Positions 1 through 14,729 of a DNA stretch of 64,000 nucleotides are shown here, one piece after another; position 1 is the stretch's first letter, and the number at the start of each line of letters is the position of its first letter. Both the position numbers and the translations under genes were made by a program. Source of the stretch: the human T2T-CHM13v2.0 reference genome, Homo sapiens; NCBI RefSeq assembly GCF_009914755.1, contig NC_060925.1; one strand, given 5' to 3'. A model generated the notes under the pieces. The model did not search any database and had not been told where the DNA came from. It saw nothing but the letters and a program-made list of their open reading frames with translations.

Positions 1-197
1 ATCATCAAATGGAATCAAAAATAACCATCATCAATTGGTATTGAATGGAATTGTCATCAAATGGAATTCAAAGGAATCATCATCAAATGGAACCGAATGG
101 AATCCTCATTGAATGGAAATGAAAGGGGTCATCATCTAATGGAATCGCATGGAATCATCATCAAATGGAATCTAATGGAATCATTGAACAGAATTGA

Positions 198-1973
198 ATG
201 GACTGGTCATCGAATGAATTGAATGCAATCATCGAATGGTCTCGAATGGAATCATCTTCTAATGGAAAGGAATGGAATCATCGCATAGAATCGAATGGAA
301 TTATCATCGAATGGAATCGAATGGTATCAACACCAAACGGAAAAAAACGGAATTATCGAATGGAATCGAAGAGAATCTTCGAACGGACCCGAATGGAATC
401 ATCTAATGGAATGGAATGGAATAATCCATGGACTCGAATGCAATCATCATCGAATGGAATGGAATGGAATCATCGAATGGACTCGAATGGAATAATCATT
501 GAACGGAATCGAATGGAATCATCATCGGATGGAAACGAATGGAATCATCATCGAATGGAAATGAAAGGAGTCATCATCTAATGGAATTGCATGGAATCAT
601 CATAAAATGGAATCGAATGGAATCAACATCAAATGGAATCAAATGGAATCATTGAACGGAATTGAATAGAATCGTCATCGAATGAATTGACTGCAATCAT
701 CGAATGGTCTCGAATGGAATCATCTTCAAATGGAATGGAATGGAATCATCGCATAGAATCGAATGGAATTATCATCGAATGGAATCGAATGGAATCAACA
801 TCAAACGGAAAAAAACGGAATTATCGAATGGAATCGAAGAGAATCATCGAATGGACCCGAATGGAATCATCTAATGGAATGGAATGGAATAATCCATGGA
901 CTCGAATGCAATCATCATCGAATGGAATCGAATGGAATCATCGAATGGACTCGAATGGAATAATCATTGAACGGAAACGAATGGAATCATCATCGGATGG
1001 AAATGAATGGAATCATCATCGAATGGAATCGAATAGAATTATGGAATGAAATCCAGTGTGATCATCATCGAATGGACCCGAATGGAATCATCATCCAACG
1101 GAAGCTAATGGAATCAACATCGAATGAATCGAATGGAAACACCATCGAATTGAAACGAATGGAATTATCATGAAATTGAAATGGATGGACTCATCATCGA
1201 ATGGATTCGAATGGAATCATCGAATAAAATTGATTGAAATCATCATCGAATGGAATCGAATGGTATCATTGAATGGAATCGAATGGAATCATCATCAGAT
1301 GGAAATGAATGGAATCGTCATAGAATGGAATCGAATGGATTCATTGAATGGAATCAGATGGAATCATCGAATGGACTGGAATGGAATCATTGAATGGACT
1401 CGAAAGGGATCATGATTGAATGGAATTGAATGGAATCATCGAATGGTCTCGATTGGAATCATTATCAAATGGAATCGAATGGAATCACCGAATAGAATCG
1501 AATGGAACAATCATCGAATGGACTCAAATGGAATTATCCTCAAATGGAATCGAATGGAATTATCGAATGCAATCGAATGGAATTATCGAATGCAATCGAA
1601 TAGAATCATCGAATGGACTCGAATGGAATCATCGAATAGAATGGAATGGAACAGTCAATGAACTCGAATGGAATCATCATTGAATGGAATCGAATGGAAT
1701 CATCGAGTGGAATCGAATGGAATTATGATCAAATGGAATCGAATGTAATCATCATCAAATGGAATCAAAAATAACCATCATCAATTGGTATTGAATGGAA
1801 TTGTCATCAAATGGAATTCAAAGGAATCATCATCAAATGGAACCGAATGGAATCCTCATTGAATGGAAATGAAAGGGGTCATCATCTAATGGAATCGCAT
1901 GGAATCATCATCAAATGGAATCGAATGGAATCATCATCAAATGGAATCTAATGGAATCATTGAACAGAATTGA
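198..1973 (+). repeat. Representative canonical 1776-bp higher-order unit (A + B + C)
   Basis: Anchors at 198 and 1974 are 1776 bp apart; 25 of 38 complete units have this length. Confidence 0.95.
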
Positions 1974-2800
1974 ATGGACTGGTCATCGAATGAATTGAAT
2001 GCAATCATCGAATGGTCTCGAATGGAATCATCTTCTAATGGAAAGGAATGGAATCATCGCATAGAATCGAATGGAATTATCATCGAATGGAATCGAATGG
2101 TATCAACACCAAACGGAAAAAAACGGAATTATCGAATGGAATCGAAGAGAATCTTCGAAAGGACCCGAATGGAATCATCTAATGGAATGGAATGGAATAA
2201 TCCATGGACTCGAATGCAATCATCATCGAATGGAATCGAATGGAATCATCGAATGGACTCGAATGGAATAATCATTGAACGGAATCGAATGGAATCATCA
2301 TCGGATGGAAACGAATGGAATCATCATCGAATGGAAATGAAAGGAGTCATCATCTAATGGAATTGCATGGAATCATCATAAAATGGAATCGAATGGAATC
2401 AACATCAAATGGAATCAAACGGAATCATTGAACGGAATTGAATGGAATCGTCATCGAATGAATTGACTGCAATCATCGAATGGTCTCGAATGGAATCATC
2501 TTCAAATGGAATGGAATGGAATCATCGCATAGAATCGAATGGAATTATCATCGAATGGAATCGAATGGAATCAACATCAAACGGAAAAAAACGGAATTAT
2601 CGAATGGAATCGAAGAGAATCATCGAATGGACCCGAATGGAATCATCTAATGGAATGGAATGGAATAATCCATGGACTCGAATGCAATCATCATCGAATG
2701 GAATCGAATGGAATCATCGAATGGACTCGAATGGAATAATCATTGAACGGAAACGAATGGAATCATCATCGGATGGAAATGAATGGAATCATCATCGAAT
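1861..2800 (+). repeat. Internal 468-bp tandem duplication (subunit A ~1861-2328, subunit B ~2329-2800), present in every canonical unit
   Basis: GAATGGAAATGAAAGGGGTC at 1861 vs GAATGGAAATGAAAGGAGTC at 2329; paired 127-aa pseudo-ORFs at 1974 and 2442 (offset 468). Diagnostic A/B differences: TCTTCTAATGGAAAGG vs TCTTCAAATGGAATGG; GGTATCAACACC vs GGAATCAACATC; TCTTCGAACGG vs TCATCGAATGG. Confidence 0.93.
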
Positions 2801-3723
2801 GGAATCGAATAGAATTATGGAATGAAATCCAGTGTGATCATCATCGAATGGACCCGAATGGAATCATCATCCAACGGAAGCTAATGGAATCAACATCGAA
2901 TGAATCGAATGGAAACACCATCGAATTGAAACGAATGGAATTATCATGAAATTGAAATGGATGGACTCATCATCGAATGGATTCGAATGGAATCATCGAA
3001 TAAAATTGATTGAAATCATCATCGAATGGAATCGAATGGTATCATTGAATGGAATCGAATGGAATCATCATCAGATGGAAATGAATGGAATCGTCATAGA
3101 ATGGAATCGAATGGATTCATTGAATGGAATCAGATGGAATCATCGAATGGACTGGAATGGAATCATTGAATGGACTCGAAAGGGATCATGATTGAATGGA
3201 ATTGAATGGAATCATCGAATGGTCTCGATTGGAATCATTATCAAATGGAATCGAATGGAATCACCGAATAGAATCGAATGGAACAATCATCGAATGGACT
3301 CAAATGGAATTATCCTCAAATGGAATCGAATGGAATTATCGAATGCAATCGAATGGAATTATCGAATGCAATCGAATAGAATCATCGAATGGACTCGAAT
3401 GGAATCATCGAATGGAATGGAATGGAACAGTCAATGAACACGAATGGAATCATCATTGAATGGAATCGAATGGAATCATCGAGTGGAATCGAATGGAATT
3501 ATGATCAAATGGAATCGAATGTAATCATCATCAAATGGAATCAAAAATAACCATCATCAATTGGTATTGAATGGAATTGTCATCAAATGGAATTCAAAGG
3601 AATCATCATCAAATGGAACCGAATGGAATCCTCATTTAATGGAAATGAAAGGGGTCATCATCTAATGGAATCGCATGGAATCATCATCAAATGGAATCTA
3701 ATGGAATCATTGAACAGAATTGA
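1974..3723 (+). repeat. 1750-bp unit (26-bp monomer deletion near 3680-3700)
   Basis: Anchor spacing 1750; one TCGAATGGAATCATCATCAAATGGAA copy is missing after GGAATCGCATGG. The same deletion is seen near 150-175. Confidence 0.9.
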
Positions 3724-5499
3724 ATGGAATCGTCATCGAATGAATTGAATGCAATCATCGAATGGTCTCGAATGGAATCATCTTCTAATGGAAAGGAATG
3801 GAATCATCGCATAGAATCGAATGGAATTATCATCGAATGGAATCGAATGGTATCAACACCAAACGGAAAAAAACGGAATTATCGAATGGAATCGAAGAGA
3901 ATCTTCGAACGGACCCGAATGGAATCATCTAATGGAATGGAATGGAATAATCCATGGACTCGAATGCAATCATCATCGAATGGAATCGAATGGAATCATC
4001 GAATGGACTCGAATGGAATAATCATTGAACGGAATCGAATGGAATCATCATCGGATGGAAACGAATGGAATCATCATCGAATGGAAATGAAAGGAGTCAT
4101 CATCTAATGCAATTGCATGGAATCATCATCAAATGGAATCGAATGGAATCAACATCAAATGGAATCTAATGGAATCATTGAACAGAATTGAATGGAATCG
4201 TCATCGAATGAATTGACTGCAATCATCGAATGGTCTCGAATGGAATCATCTTGAAATGGAATGGAATGGAATCATCGCATAGAATCGAATGGAATTATCA
4301 TCGAATGGAATCGAATGGAATCAACATCAAACGGAAAAAAACGGAATTATCGAATGGAATCGAAGAGAATCATCGAATGGACCCGAATGGAATCATCTAA
4401 TGGAATAGAATGGAATAATCCATGGACTCGAATGCAATCATCATCGAATGGAATCGAATGGAATCATCGAATGGACTCGAATGGAATAATCATTGAACGG
4501 AATCGAATGGAATCATCATCGGATGGAAATGAATGGAATCATCATCGTATGGAATCGAATAGAATTATGGAATGAAATCCAGTGTGATCATCATCGAATG
4601 GACCCGAATGGAATCATCATCCAACGGAAGCTAATGGAATCAACATCGAATGAATCGAATGGAAACACCATCGAATTGAAACGAATGGAATTATCATGAA
4701 ATTGAAATGGATGGACTCATCATCGAATGGATTCGAATGGAATCATCGAATAAAATTGATTGAAATCATCATCCAATGGAATCGAATGGTATCATTGAAT
4801 GGAATCGAATGGAATCATCATCAGATGGAAATGAATGGAATCGTCATAGAATGGAATCGAATGGATTCATTGAATGGAATCAGATGGAATCATCGAATGG
4901 ACTGGAATGGAATCATTGAATGGACTCGAAAGGGATCAGGATTGAATGGAATTGAATGGAATCATCGAATGGTCTCGATTGGAATCATTATCAAATGGAA
5001 TCGAATGGAATCACCGAATAGAATCGAATGGAACAATCATCGAATGGACTCAAATGGAATTATCCTCAAATGGAATCGAATGGAATTATCGAATGCAATC
5101 GAATGGAATTATCGAATGCAATCGAATAGAATCATCGAAAGGACTCGAATGGAATCATCGAATGGAATGGAATGGAACAGTCAATGAACTCGAATGGAAT
5201 CATCATTGAATGGAATCGAATGGAATCATCGAGTGGAATCGAATGGAATTATGATCAAATGGAATCGAATGTAATCATCATCAAATGGAATCAAAAATAA
5301 CCATCATCAATTGGTATTGAATGGAATTGTCATCAAATGGAATTCAAAGGAATCATCATCAAATGGAACCGAATGGAATCCTCATTGAATGGAAATGAAA
5401 GGGGTCATCATCTAATGGAATCGCATGGAATCATCATCAAATGGAATCGAATGGAATCATCATCAAATGGAATCTAATGGAATCATTGAACAGAATTGA

Positions 5500-6562
5500 A
5501 TGGAATCGTCATCGAATGAATTGAATGCAATCATCGAATGGTCTCGAATGGAATCATCTTCTAATGGAAAGGAATGGAATCATCGCATAGAATCGAATGG
5601 AATTATCATCGAATGGAATCGAATGGTATCAACACCAAACGGAAAAAAACGGAATTATCGAATGGAATCGAAGAGAATCTTCGAACGGACCCGAATGGAA
5701 TCATCTAATGGAATGGAATGGAATAATCCATGGACTCGAATGCAATCATCATCGAATGGAATCGAATGGAATCATCGAATGGACTCGAATGGAATAATCA
5801 TTGAACGGAATCGAATGGAATCATCATCGGATGGAAACGAATGGAATCATTATCGAATGGAAATGAAAGGAGTCATCATCTAATGGAATTGCATGGAATC
5901 ATCATAAAATGGAATCGAATGGAATCAACATCAAATGGAATCAAATGGAATCATTCAACGGAATTGAATGGAATCGTCATCGAATGAATTGACTGCAATC
6001 ATCGAATGGTCTCGAATGGAATCATCTTCAAATGGAATGGAATGGAATCATCGCATAGAATCGAATGGAATTATCATCGAATGGAATCGAATGGAATCAA
6101 CAACAAACGGAAAAAAACGGAATTATCGAATGGAATCGAAGAGAATCATCGAATGGACCCGAATGGAATCATCTAATGGAATGGAATGGAATAATCCATG
6201 GACTCGAATGCAATCATCAACGAATGGAATCGAATGGAATCATCGAATGAACTCGAATGGAATCATCATTGAATGGAATCGAATGGAATCATCGAGTGGA
6301 ATCGAATGGAATTATGATCAAATGGAATCGAATGTAATCATCATCAAATGGAATCAAAAATAACCATCATCAATTGGTATTGAATGGAATTGTCATCAAA
6401 TGGAATTCAAAGGAATCATCATCAAATGGAACCGAATGGAATCCTCATTGAATGGAAATGAAAGGGGTCATAATCTAATGGAATCGCATGGAATCATCAT
6501 CAAATGGAATCGAATGGAATCATCATCAAATGGAATCTAATGGAATCATTCAACAGAATTGA
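5500..6562 (+). repeat. 1063-bp truncated unit (713 bp shorter; B-to-late-C junction at ~6246)
   Basis: Anchor spacing 1063; junction CATCGAATG|AACTCGAATGGAATCATCATT; the CCAGTGTG and CGGAAGCT landmarks are absent. Confidence 0.93.
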
Positions 6563-8338
6563 ATGGAATCGTCATCGAATGAATTGAATGCAATCATCGA
6601 ATGGTCTCGAATGGAATCATCTTCTAATGGAAAGGAATGGAATCATCGCATAGAATCGAATGGAATTATCATCGAATGGAATCGAATGGTATCAACACCA
6701 AACGGAAAAAAACGGAATTATCGAATGGAATCGAAGAGAATCTTCGAACGGACCCGAATGGAATCATCTAATGGAATGGAATGGAATAATCCATGGACTC
6801 GAATGCAATCATCATCGAATGGAATCGAATGGAATCATCGAATGGACTCGAATGGAATAATCATTGAACGGAATCGAATGGAATCATCATCGGATGGAAA
6901 CGAATGGAATCATCATCGAATGGAAATGAAAGGAGTCATCATCTAATGGAATTGCATGGAATCATCATCAAATGGAATCGAATGGAATCAACATCAAATG
7001 GAATCAAATGGAATCATTGAACGGAATTGAATGGAATCGTCATCGAATGAATTGACTGCAATCATCGAATGGTCTCGAATGGAATCATCTTCAAATGGAA
7101 TGGAATGGAATCATCGCATAGAATCGAATGGAATTATCATCGAATGGAATCGAATGGAATCAACATCAAACGGAAAAAAACGGAATTATCGAATGGAATC
7201 GAAGAGAATCATCGAATGGACCCGAATGGAATCATCTAATGGAATGGAACGGAATAATCCATGGACTCGAATGCAATCATCATCGAATGGAATCGAATGG
7301 AATCATCGAATGGACTCGAATGGAATAATCATTGAACGGAAACGAATGGAATCATCATCGGATGGAAATGAATGGAATCATCATCGAATGGAATCGAATA
7401 GAATTATGGAATGAAATCCAGTGTGATCATCATCGAATGGACCCGAATGGAATCATCATCCAACGGAAGCTAATGGAATCAACATCGAATGAATCCAATG
7501 GAAACACCATCGAATTGAAACGAATGGAATTATCATGAAATTGAAATGGATGGACTCATCATCGAATGGATTCGAATGGAATCATCGAATAAAATTGATT
7601 GAAGTCATCATCGAATGGAATCGAATGGTATCATTGAATGGAATCGAATGGAATCATCATCAGATGGAAATGAATGGAATCGTCATAGAATGGAATCGAA
7701 TGGATTCATTGAATGGAATCAGATGGAATCATCGAATGGACTGGAATGGAATCATTGAATGGATTCGAAAGGGATCATGATTGAATGGAATTGAATGGAA
7801 TCATCGAATGGTCTCGATTGGAATCATTATCAAATGGAATCGAATGGAATCACCGAATAGAATCGAATGGAACAATCATCGAATGGACTCAAATGGAATT
7901 ATCCTCCAATGGAATCGAATGGAATTATCGAATGCAATCGAATGGAATTATCGAATGCAATCGAATAGAATCATCGAATGGACTCGAATGGAATCATCGA
8001 ATGGAATGGAATGGAACAGTCAATGAACTCGAATGGAATCATCATTGAATGGAATCGAATGGAATCATCGAGTGGAATCGAATGGAATTATGATCAAATG
8101 GAATCGAATGTAATCATCATCAAATGGAATCAAAAATAACCATCATCAATTGGTATTGAATGGAATTGTCATCAAATGGAATTCAAAGGAATCATCATCA
8201 AATGGAACCGAATGGAATCCTCATTGAATGGAAATGAAAGGGGTCATCATCTAATGGAATCGCATGGAATCATCATCAAATGGAATCGAATGGAATCATC
8301 ATCAAATGGAATCTAATGGAATCATTGAACAGAATTGA

Positions 8339-9401
8339 ATGGAATCGTCATCGAATGAATTGAATGCAATCATCGAATGGTCTCGAATGGAATCATCTTC
8401 TAATGGAAAGGAATGGAATCATCGCATAGAATCGAATGGAATTATCATCGAATGGAATCGAATGGTATCAACACCAAACGGAAAAAAACGGAATTATCGA
8501 ATGGAATCGAAGAGAATCTTCGAACGGACCCGAATGGAATCATCTAATGGAATGGAATGGAATAATCCATGGACTCGAATGCAATCATCATCGAATGGAA
8601 TCGAATGGAATCATCGAATGGACTCGAATGGAATAATCATTGAACGGAATCGAATGGAATCATCATCGGATGGAAACGAATGGAATCATCATCGAATGGA
8701 AATGAAAGGAGTCATCATCTAATGGAATTGCATGGAATCATCATAAAATGGAATCGAATGGAATCAACATCAAATGGAATCAAATGGAATCATTGAACGG
8801 AATTGAATGGAATCGTCATCGAATGAATTGACTGCAATCATCGAATGGTCTCGAATGGAATCATCTTCAAATGGAATGGAATGGAATCATCGCATAGTAT
8901 CGAATGGAATTATCATCGAATGGAATCGAATGGAATCAACATCAAACGGAAAAAAACGGAATTATCGAATGGAATCGAAGAGAATCATCGAATGGACCCG
9001 AATGGAATCATCTAATGGAATGGAATGGAATAATCCATGGACTCGAATGCAATCATCATCGAATGGAATCAAATGGAATCATCGAATGAACTCGAATGGA
9101 ATCATCATTGAATGGAATCGAATGGAATCATCGAGTGGAATCGAATGGAATTATGATCAAATGGAATCGAATGTAATCATCATCAAATGGAATCAAAAAT
9201 AACCATCATCAATTGGTATTGAATGGAATTGTCATCAAATGGAATTCAAAGGAATCATCATCAAATGGAACCGAATGGAATCCTCATTGAATGGAAATGA
9301 AAGGGGTCACCATCTAATGGAATCGCATGGAATCATCATCAAATGGAATCGAATGGAATCATCATCAAATGGAATCTAATGGAATCATTGAACAGAATTG
9401 A
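8339..9401 (+). repeat. 1063-bp truncated unit, second copy
   Basis: Anchor spacing 1063; same junction at ~9085. Confidence 0.93.
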
Positions 9402-12400
9402 ATGGAATCGTCATCGAATGAATTGAATGCAATCATCGAATGGTCTCGAATGGAATCATCTTCTAATGGAAAGGAATGGAATCATCGCATAGAATCGAAT
9501 GGAATTATCATCGAATGGAATCGAATGGTATCAACACCAAACGGAAAAAAACGGAATTATCGAATGGAATCGAAGATAATCTTCGAACGGACCCGAATGG
9601 AATCATCTAATGGAATGGAATGGAATAATCCATGGACTCGAATGCAATCATCATCGAATGGAATCGAATGGAATCATCGAATGGACTCGAATGGAATAAT
9701 CATTGAACGGAATCGAATGGAATCATCATCGGATGGAAACGAATGGAATCATCATCGAATGGAAATGAAAGGAGTCATCATCTAATGCAATTGCATGGAA
9801 TCATCATAAAATGGAATCGAATGGAATCAACATCAAATGGAATCAAATGGAATCATTGAACGGAATTGAATGGAGTCGTCATCGAATGAATTGAATGCAA
9901 TCATCGAAAGGTCTCGAATGGAATCATCTTCAAATGGAATGGAATGGAATCATCGCATAGAGTCGAATGGAATTATCATCGAATGGAATCGAATGGAATC
10001 AACCTCAAACGGAAAAAAACTGAATTATCGAATGGAATCGAAGAGAATCATCGAATGGACCCGAATGGAATCATCTAATGGAATGGAATGGAATAATCCA
10101 TGGACTCGAATGCAATCATCATCGAATGGAATCGAATGGAATCATCGAGTGGACTCGAATGGAATAATCATTGAACGGAATCGAATGGAATCATCATCGG
10201 ATGGAAATGAATGGAATCATCATCGAATGGAATCGAATAGAATTATGGAATGAAATCCAGTGTGATCATCATCGAATGGACCCGAATGGAATCATCATCC
10301 AACGGAAGCTAATGGAATCAACATCGAATGAATCGAATGGAAACACCATCGAATTGAAACGAATGGAATTATCATGAAATTGAAATGGATGGACTCATCA
10401 TCGAATGGATTCGAATGGAATCATCGAATAAAATTGATTGAAATCATCATCCAATGGAATCGAATGGTATCATTGAATGGAATCGAATGGAATCATCATC
10501 AGATGGAAATGAATGGAATCGTCATAGAATGGAATCGAATGGATTCATTGAATGGAATCAGATGGAATCATCGAATGGACTGGAATGGAATCATTGAATG
10601 GACTCGAAAGGGATCATGATTGAATGGAATTGAATGGAATCATCGAATGGTCTCGATTGGAATCATTATCAAATGGAATCGAATGGAATCACCGAATAGA
10701 ATCGAATGGAACAATCATCGAATGGACTCAAATGGAATTATCCTCAAATGGAATCGAATGGAATTATCGAATGCAATGGAATGGAATTATCGAATGCAAT
10801 CGAATAGTATCATCGAATGGACTCGAATGGAATCATCGAATGGAATGGAATGGAACAGTCAATGAACTCGAATGGAATCATCATTGAATGGAATCGAATG
10901 GAATCATCAAGTGGAATCGAATGGAATTATGATCAAATGGAATCGAATGTAATCATCATCAAATGGAATCAAAAATAACCATCATCAATTGGTATTGAAT
11001 GGAATTGTCATCAAATGGAATTCAAAGGAATCATCATCAAATGGAACCGAATGGAATCCTCATTGAATGGAAATGAAAGGGGTCATCATCTAATGGAATC
11101 GCATGGAATCATCATCAAATGGAATCGAATGGAATCATCATCAAATGGAATCTAATGGAATCATTGAACAGAATTGAATGGAATCGTCATCGAATGAATT
11201 GAATGCAATCATCGAATGGTCTCGAATGGAATCATCTTCTAATGGAAAGGAATGGAATCATCGCATAGAATCGAATGGAATTATCATCGAATGGAATCGA
11301 ATGGTATCAACACCAAACGGAAAAAAACGGAATTATCGAATGGAATCGAAGAGAATCTTCGAACGGACCCGAATGGAATCATCTAATGGAATGGAATGGA
11401 ATAATCCATGGACTCGAATGCAATCATCATCGAATGGAATCGAATGGAATCATCGAATGGACTTGAATGGAATAATCATTGAACGGAATCGAATGGAATC
11501 ATCATCGGATGGAAACGAATTGAATCATCATCGAATGGAAATGAAAGGAGTCATCATCTAATGGAATTGCATGGAATCATCATAAAATGGAATCGAATGG
11601 AATCAACATCAAATGGAATCAAATGGAATCATTGAACGGAATTGAATGGAATCGTCATCGAATGAATTGACTGCAATCATCGAATGTTCTCGAATGGAAT
11701 CATCTTCAAATGGAATGGAATGGAATCATCGCATAGAATCGAATGGAATTATCATCGAATGGAATCGAATGGAATCAACATCAAACGGAAAAAAACGGAA
11801 TTATCGTATGGAATCGAAGAGAATCATCGAATGGACCCGAATGGAATCATCTAATAGAATGGAATGGAATAATCCATGGACTCGAATGCAATCATCATCG
11901 AATGGAATCGAATGGAATCATCGAATGGACTCGAATGGAATAATCATTGAACGGAATCGAATGGAATCATCATCGGATGGAAATGAATGGAATCATCATC
12001 GAATGGAATCGAATAGAATTATGGAATGAAATCCAGTGTGATCATCATCGAATGGACCCGAGTGGAATCATCATCCAACGGAAGCTAATGGAATCAACAT
12101 CGAATGAATCGAATGGAAACACCATCGAATTGAAACGAATGGAATTATCATGAAACTGAAATGGATGGACTCATCATCGAATGGATTCGAATGGAATCAT
12201 CGAATAAAATTGATTGAAATCATCATCCAATGGAATCGAATGGTATCATTGAATGGAATCGAATGGAATCATCATCAGATGGAAATGAATGGAATCGTCA
12301 TAGAATGGAATCGAATGGATTCATTGAATGGAATCAGATGGAATCATCGAATGGACTGGAATGGAATCATTGAATGGACTCGAAAGGGATCATGATTGAA

Positions 12401-14729
12401 TGGAATTGAATGGAATCATCGAATGGTCTCGATTGGAATCATTACCAAATGGAATCGAATGGAATCACCGAATAGAATCGAATGGAACAATCATCGAATG
12501 GACTCAAATGGAATTATCCTCAAATGGAATCGAATGGAATTATCGAATGCAATCGAATGGAATTATCGAATGCAATCGAATAGAATCATCGAAAGGATTC
12601 GAATGGAATCATCGAATGGAATGGAATGGAACAGTCAATGAACTCGAATGGAATCATCATTGAATGGAATCGAATGGAATCATCGAGTGGAATCGAATGG
12701 AATTATGATCAAATGGAATCGAATGTAATCATCATCAAATGGAATCAAAAATAACCATCATCAATTGGTATTGAATGGAATTGTCATCAAATGGAATTCA
12801 AAGGAATCATCATCAAATGGAACCGAATGGAATCCTCATTGAATGGAAATGAAAGGGGTCATCATCTAATGGAATCGCATGGAATCATCATCAAATGGAA
12901 TCGAATGGAATCATCATCAAATGGAATCTAATGGAATCATTGAACAGAATTGAATGGAATCGTCATCGAATGAATTGAATGCAATCATCGAATGGTCTCG
13001 AATGGAATCATCTTCTAATGGAAAGGAATGGAATCATCGCATAGAATCGAATGGAATTATCATCGAATGGAATCGAATGGTATCAACACCAAACGGAAAA
13101 AAATGGAATTATCGAATGGAATCGAAGAGAATCTTCGAACGGACCCGAATGGAATCATCTAATGGAATGGAATGGAATAATCCATGGACTCGAATGCAAT
13201 CATCATCGAATGGAATCGAATGGAGTCATCGAATGGACTCGAATGCAATAATCATTGAACGGAATCGAATGGAATCATCATCGGATGGAAACGAATGGAA
13301 TCATCATCGAATGGAAATGAAAGGAGTCATCATCTAATGGAATTGCATGGAATCATCATAAAATGGAATCGAATGGAATCAACATCAAATGGAATCAAAC
13401 GGAATCATTGAACGGAATTGAATGGAATCGTCATCGAATGAATTGACTGCAATCATCGAATGGTCTCGAATGGAATCATCTTCAAATGGAATGGAATGGA
13501 ATCATCGCATAGAATCGAATGGAATTATCATCGAATGGAATCGAATGGAATCAACATCAAACGGAAAAAAACAGAATTATCGTATGGAATCTAAGAGAAT
13601 CATCGAATGGACCCGAATGGAATCATCTAATGGAATGGAATGGAATAATCCATGGACTCGAATGCAATCATCATCGAATGGAATCGAATGGAATCATCGA
13701 ATGGACTCGAATGGAATAATCATTGAACGGAATCGAATGGAATCATCATCGGATGGAAATGAATGGAATCATCATCGAATGGAATCGAATAGAATTATGG
13801 AATGAAATCCAGTGTGATCATCATCGAATGGACCCGAATGGAATCATCATCCAACGGAAGCTAATGCAATCAACATCGAATGAATCGAATGGAAACACCA
13901 TCGAATTGAAACGAATGGAATTATCATGAAATTGAAACGGATGGACACATCATCGAATGGATTCGAATGGAATCATCGAATAAAATTGATTGAAATCATC
14001 ATCCAATGGAATCGAATGGTATCATTGAATGGAATCGAATGGAATCATCATCAGATGGAAATGAATGGAATCGTCATAGAATGGAATCGAATGGATTCAT
14101 TGAATGGAATCAGATGGAATCATCGAATGGACTGGAATGGAATCATTGAATGGACTCGAAAGGGATCATGATTGAATGGAATTGAATGGAATCATCGAAT
14201 GGTCTCGATTGGAATCATTATCAAATGGAATCGAATGGAATCACCGAATAGAATCGAATGGAACAATCATCGAATGGACTCAAATGGAATTATCCTCCAA
14301 TGGAATCGAATGGAATTATCGAATGCAATCGAATGGAATTATCGAATGCAATCGAATAGAATGATCGAATGGACTCGAATGGAATCATCGAATGGAATGG
14401 AATGGAACAGTCAATGAACTCGAATGGAATCATCATTGAATGGAATCGAATGGAATCATCGAGTGGAATCGAATGGAATTATGATCAAATGGAATCGAAT
14501 GTAATCATCATCAAATGGAATCAAAAATAACCATCATCAATTGGTAATGAATGGAATTGTCATCAAATGGAATTCAAAGGAATCATCATCAAATGGAACC
14601 GAATGGAATCCTCATTGAATGGAAATGAAAGGGGTCATCATCTAATGGAATCGCATGGAATCATCATCAAATGGAATCGAATGGAATCATCATCAAATGG
14701 AATCTAATGGAATCATTGAACAGAATTGA

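Noticed and set aside
335-352. CGGAAAAAAACGG as a retrotransposon poly(A) tail with target-site duplication, or a terminator
   Set aside because: It has only 7 A residues, is a fixed part of each subunit, and is the same length as the CGGAATCAAGCGG variant at ~18761, so it arose by substitution.
4696-5187. Longer 163-aa read-through ORF (also at 22255, 24031, 29359, 51248, 52530) as an intact gene allele
   Set aside because: It results from a single-site TGA/TTA/GGA polymorphism in GGGATCATGATT; the product is still repeat-derived with no recognisable domain.
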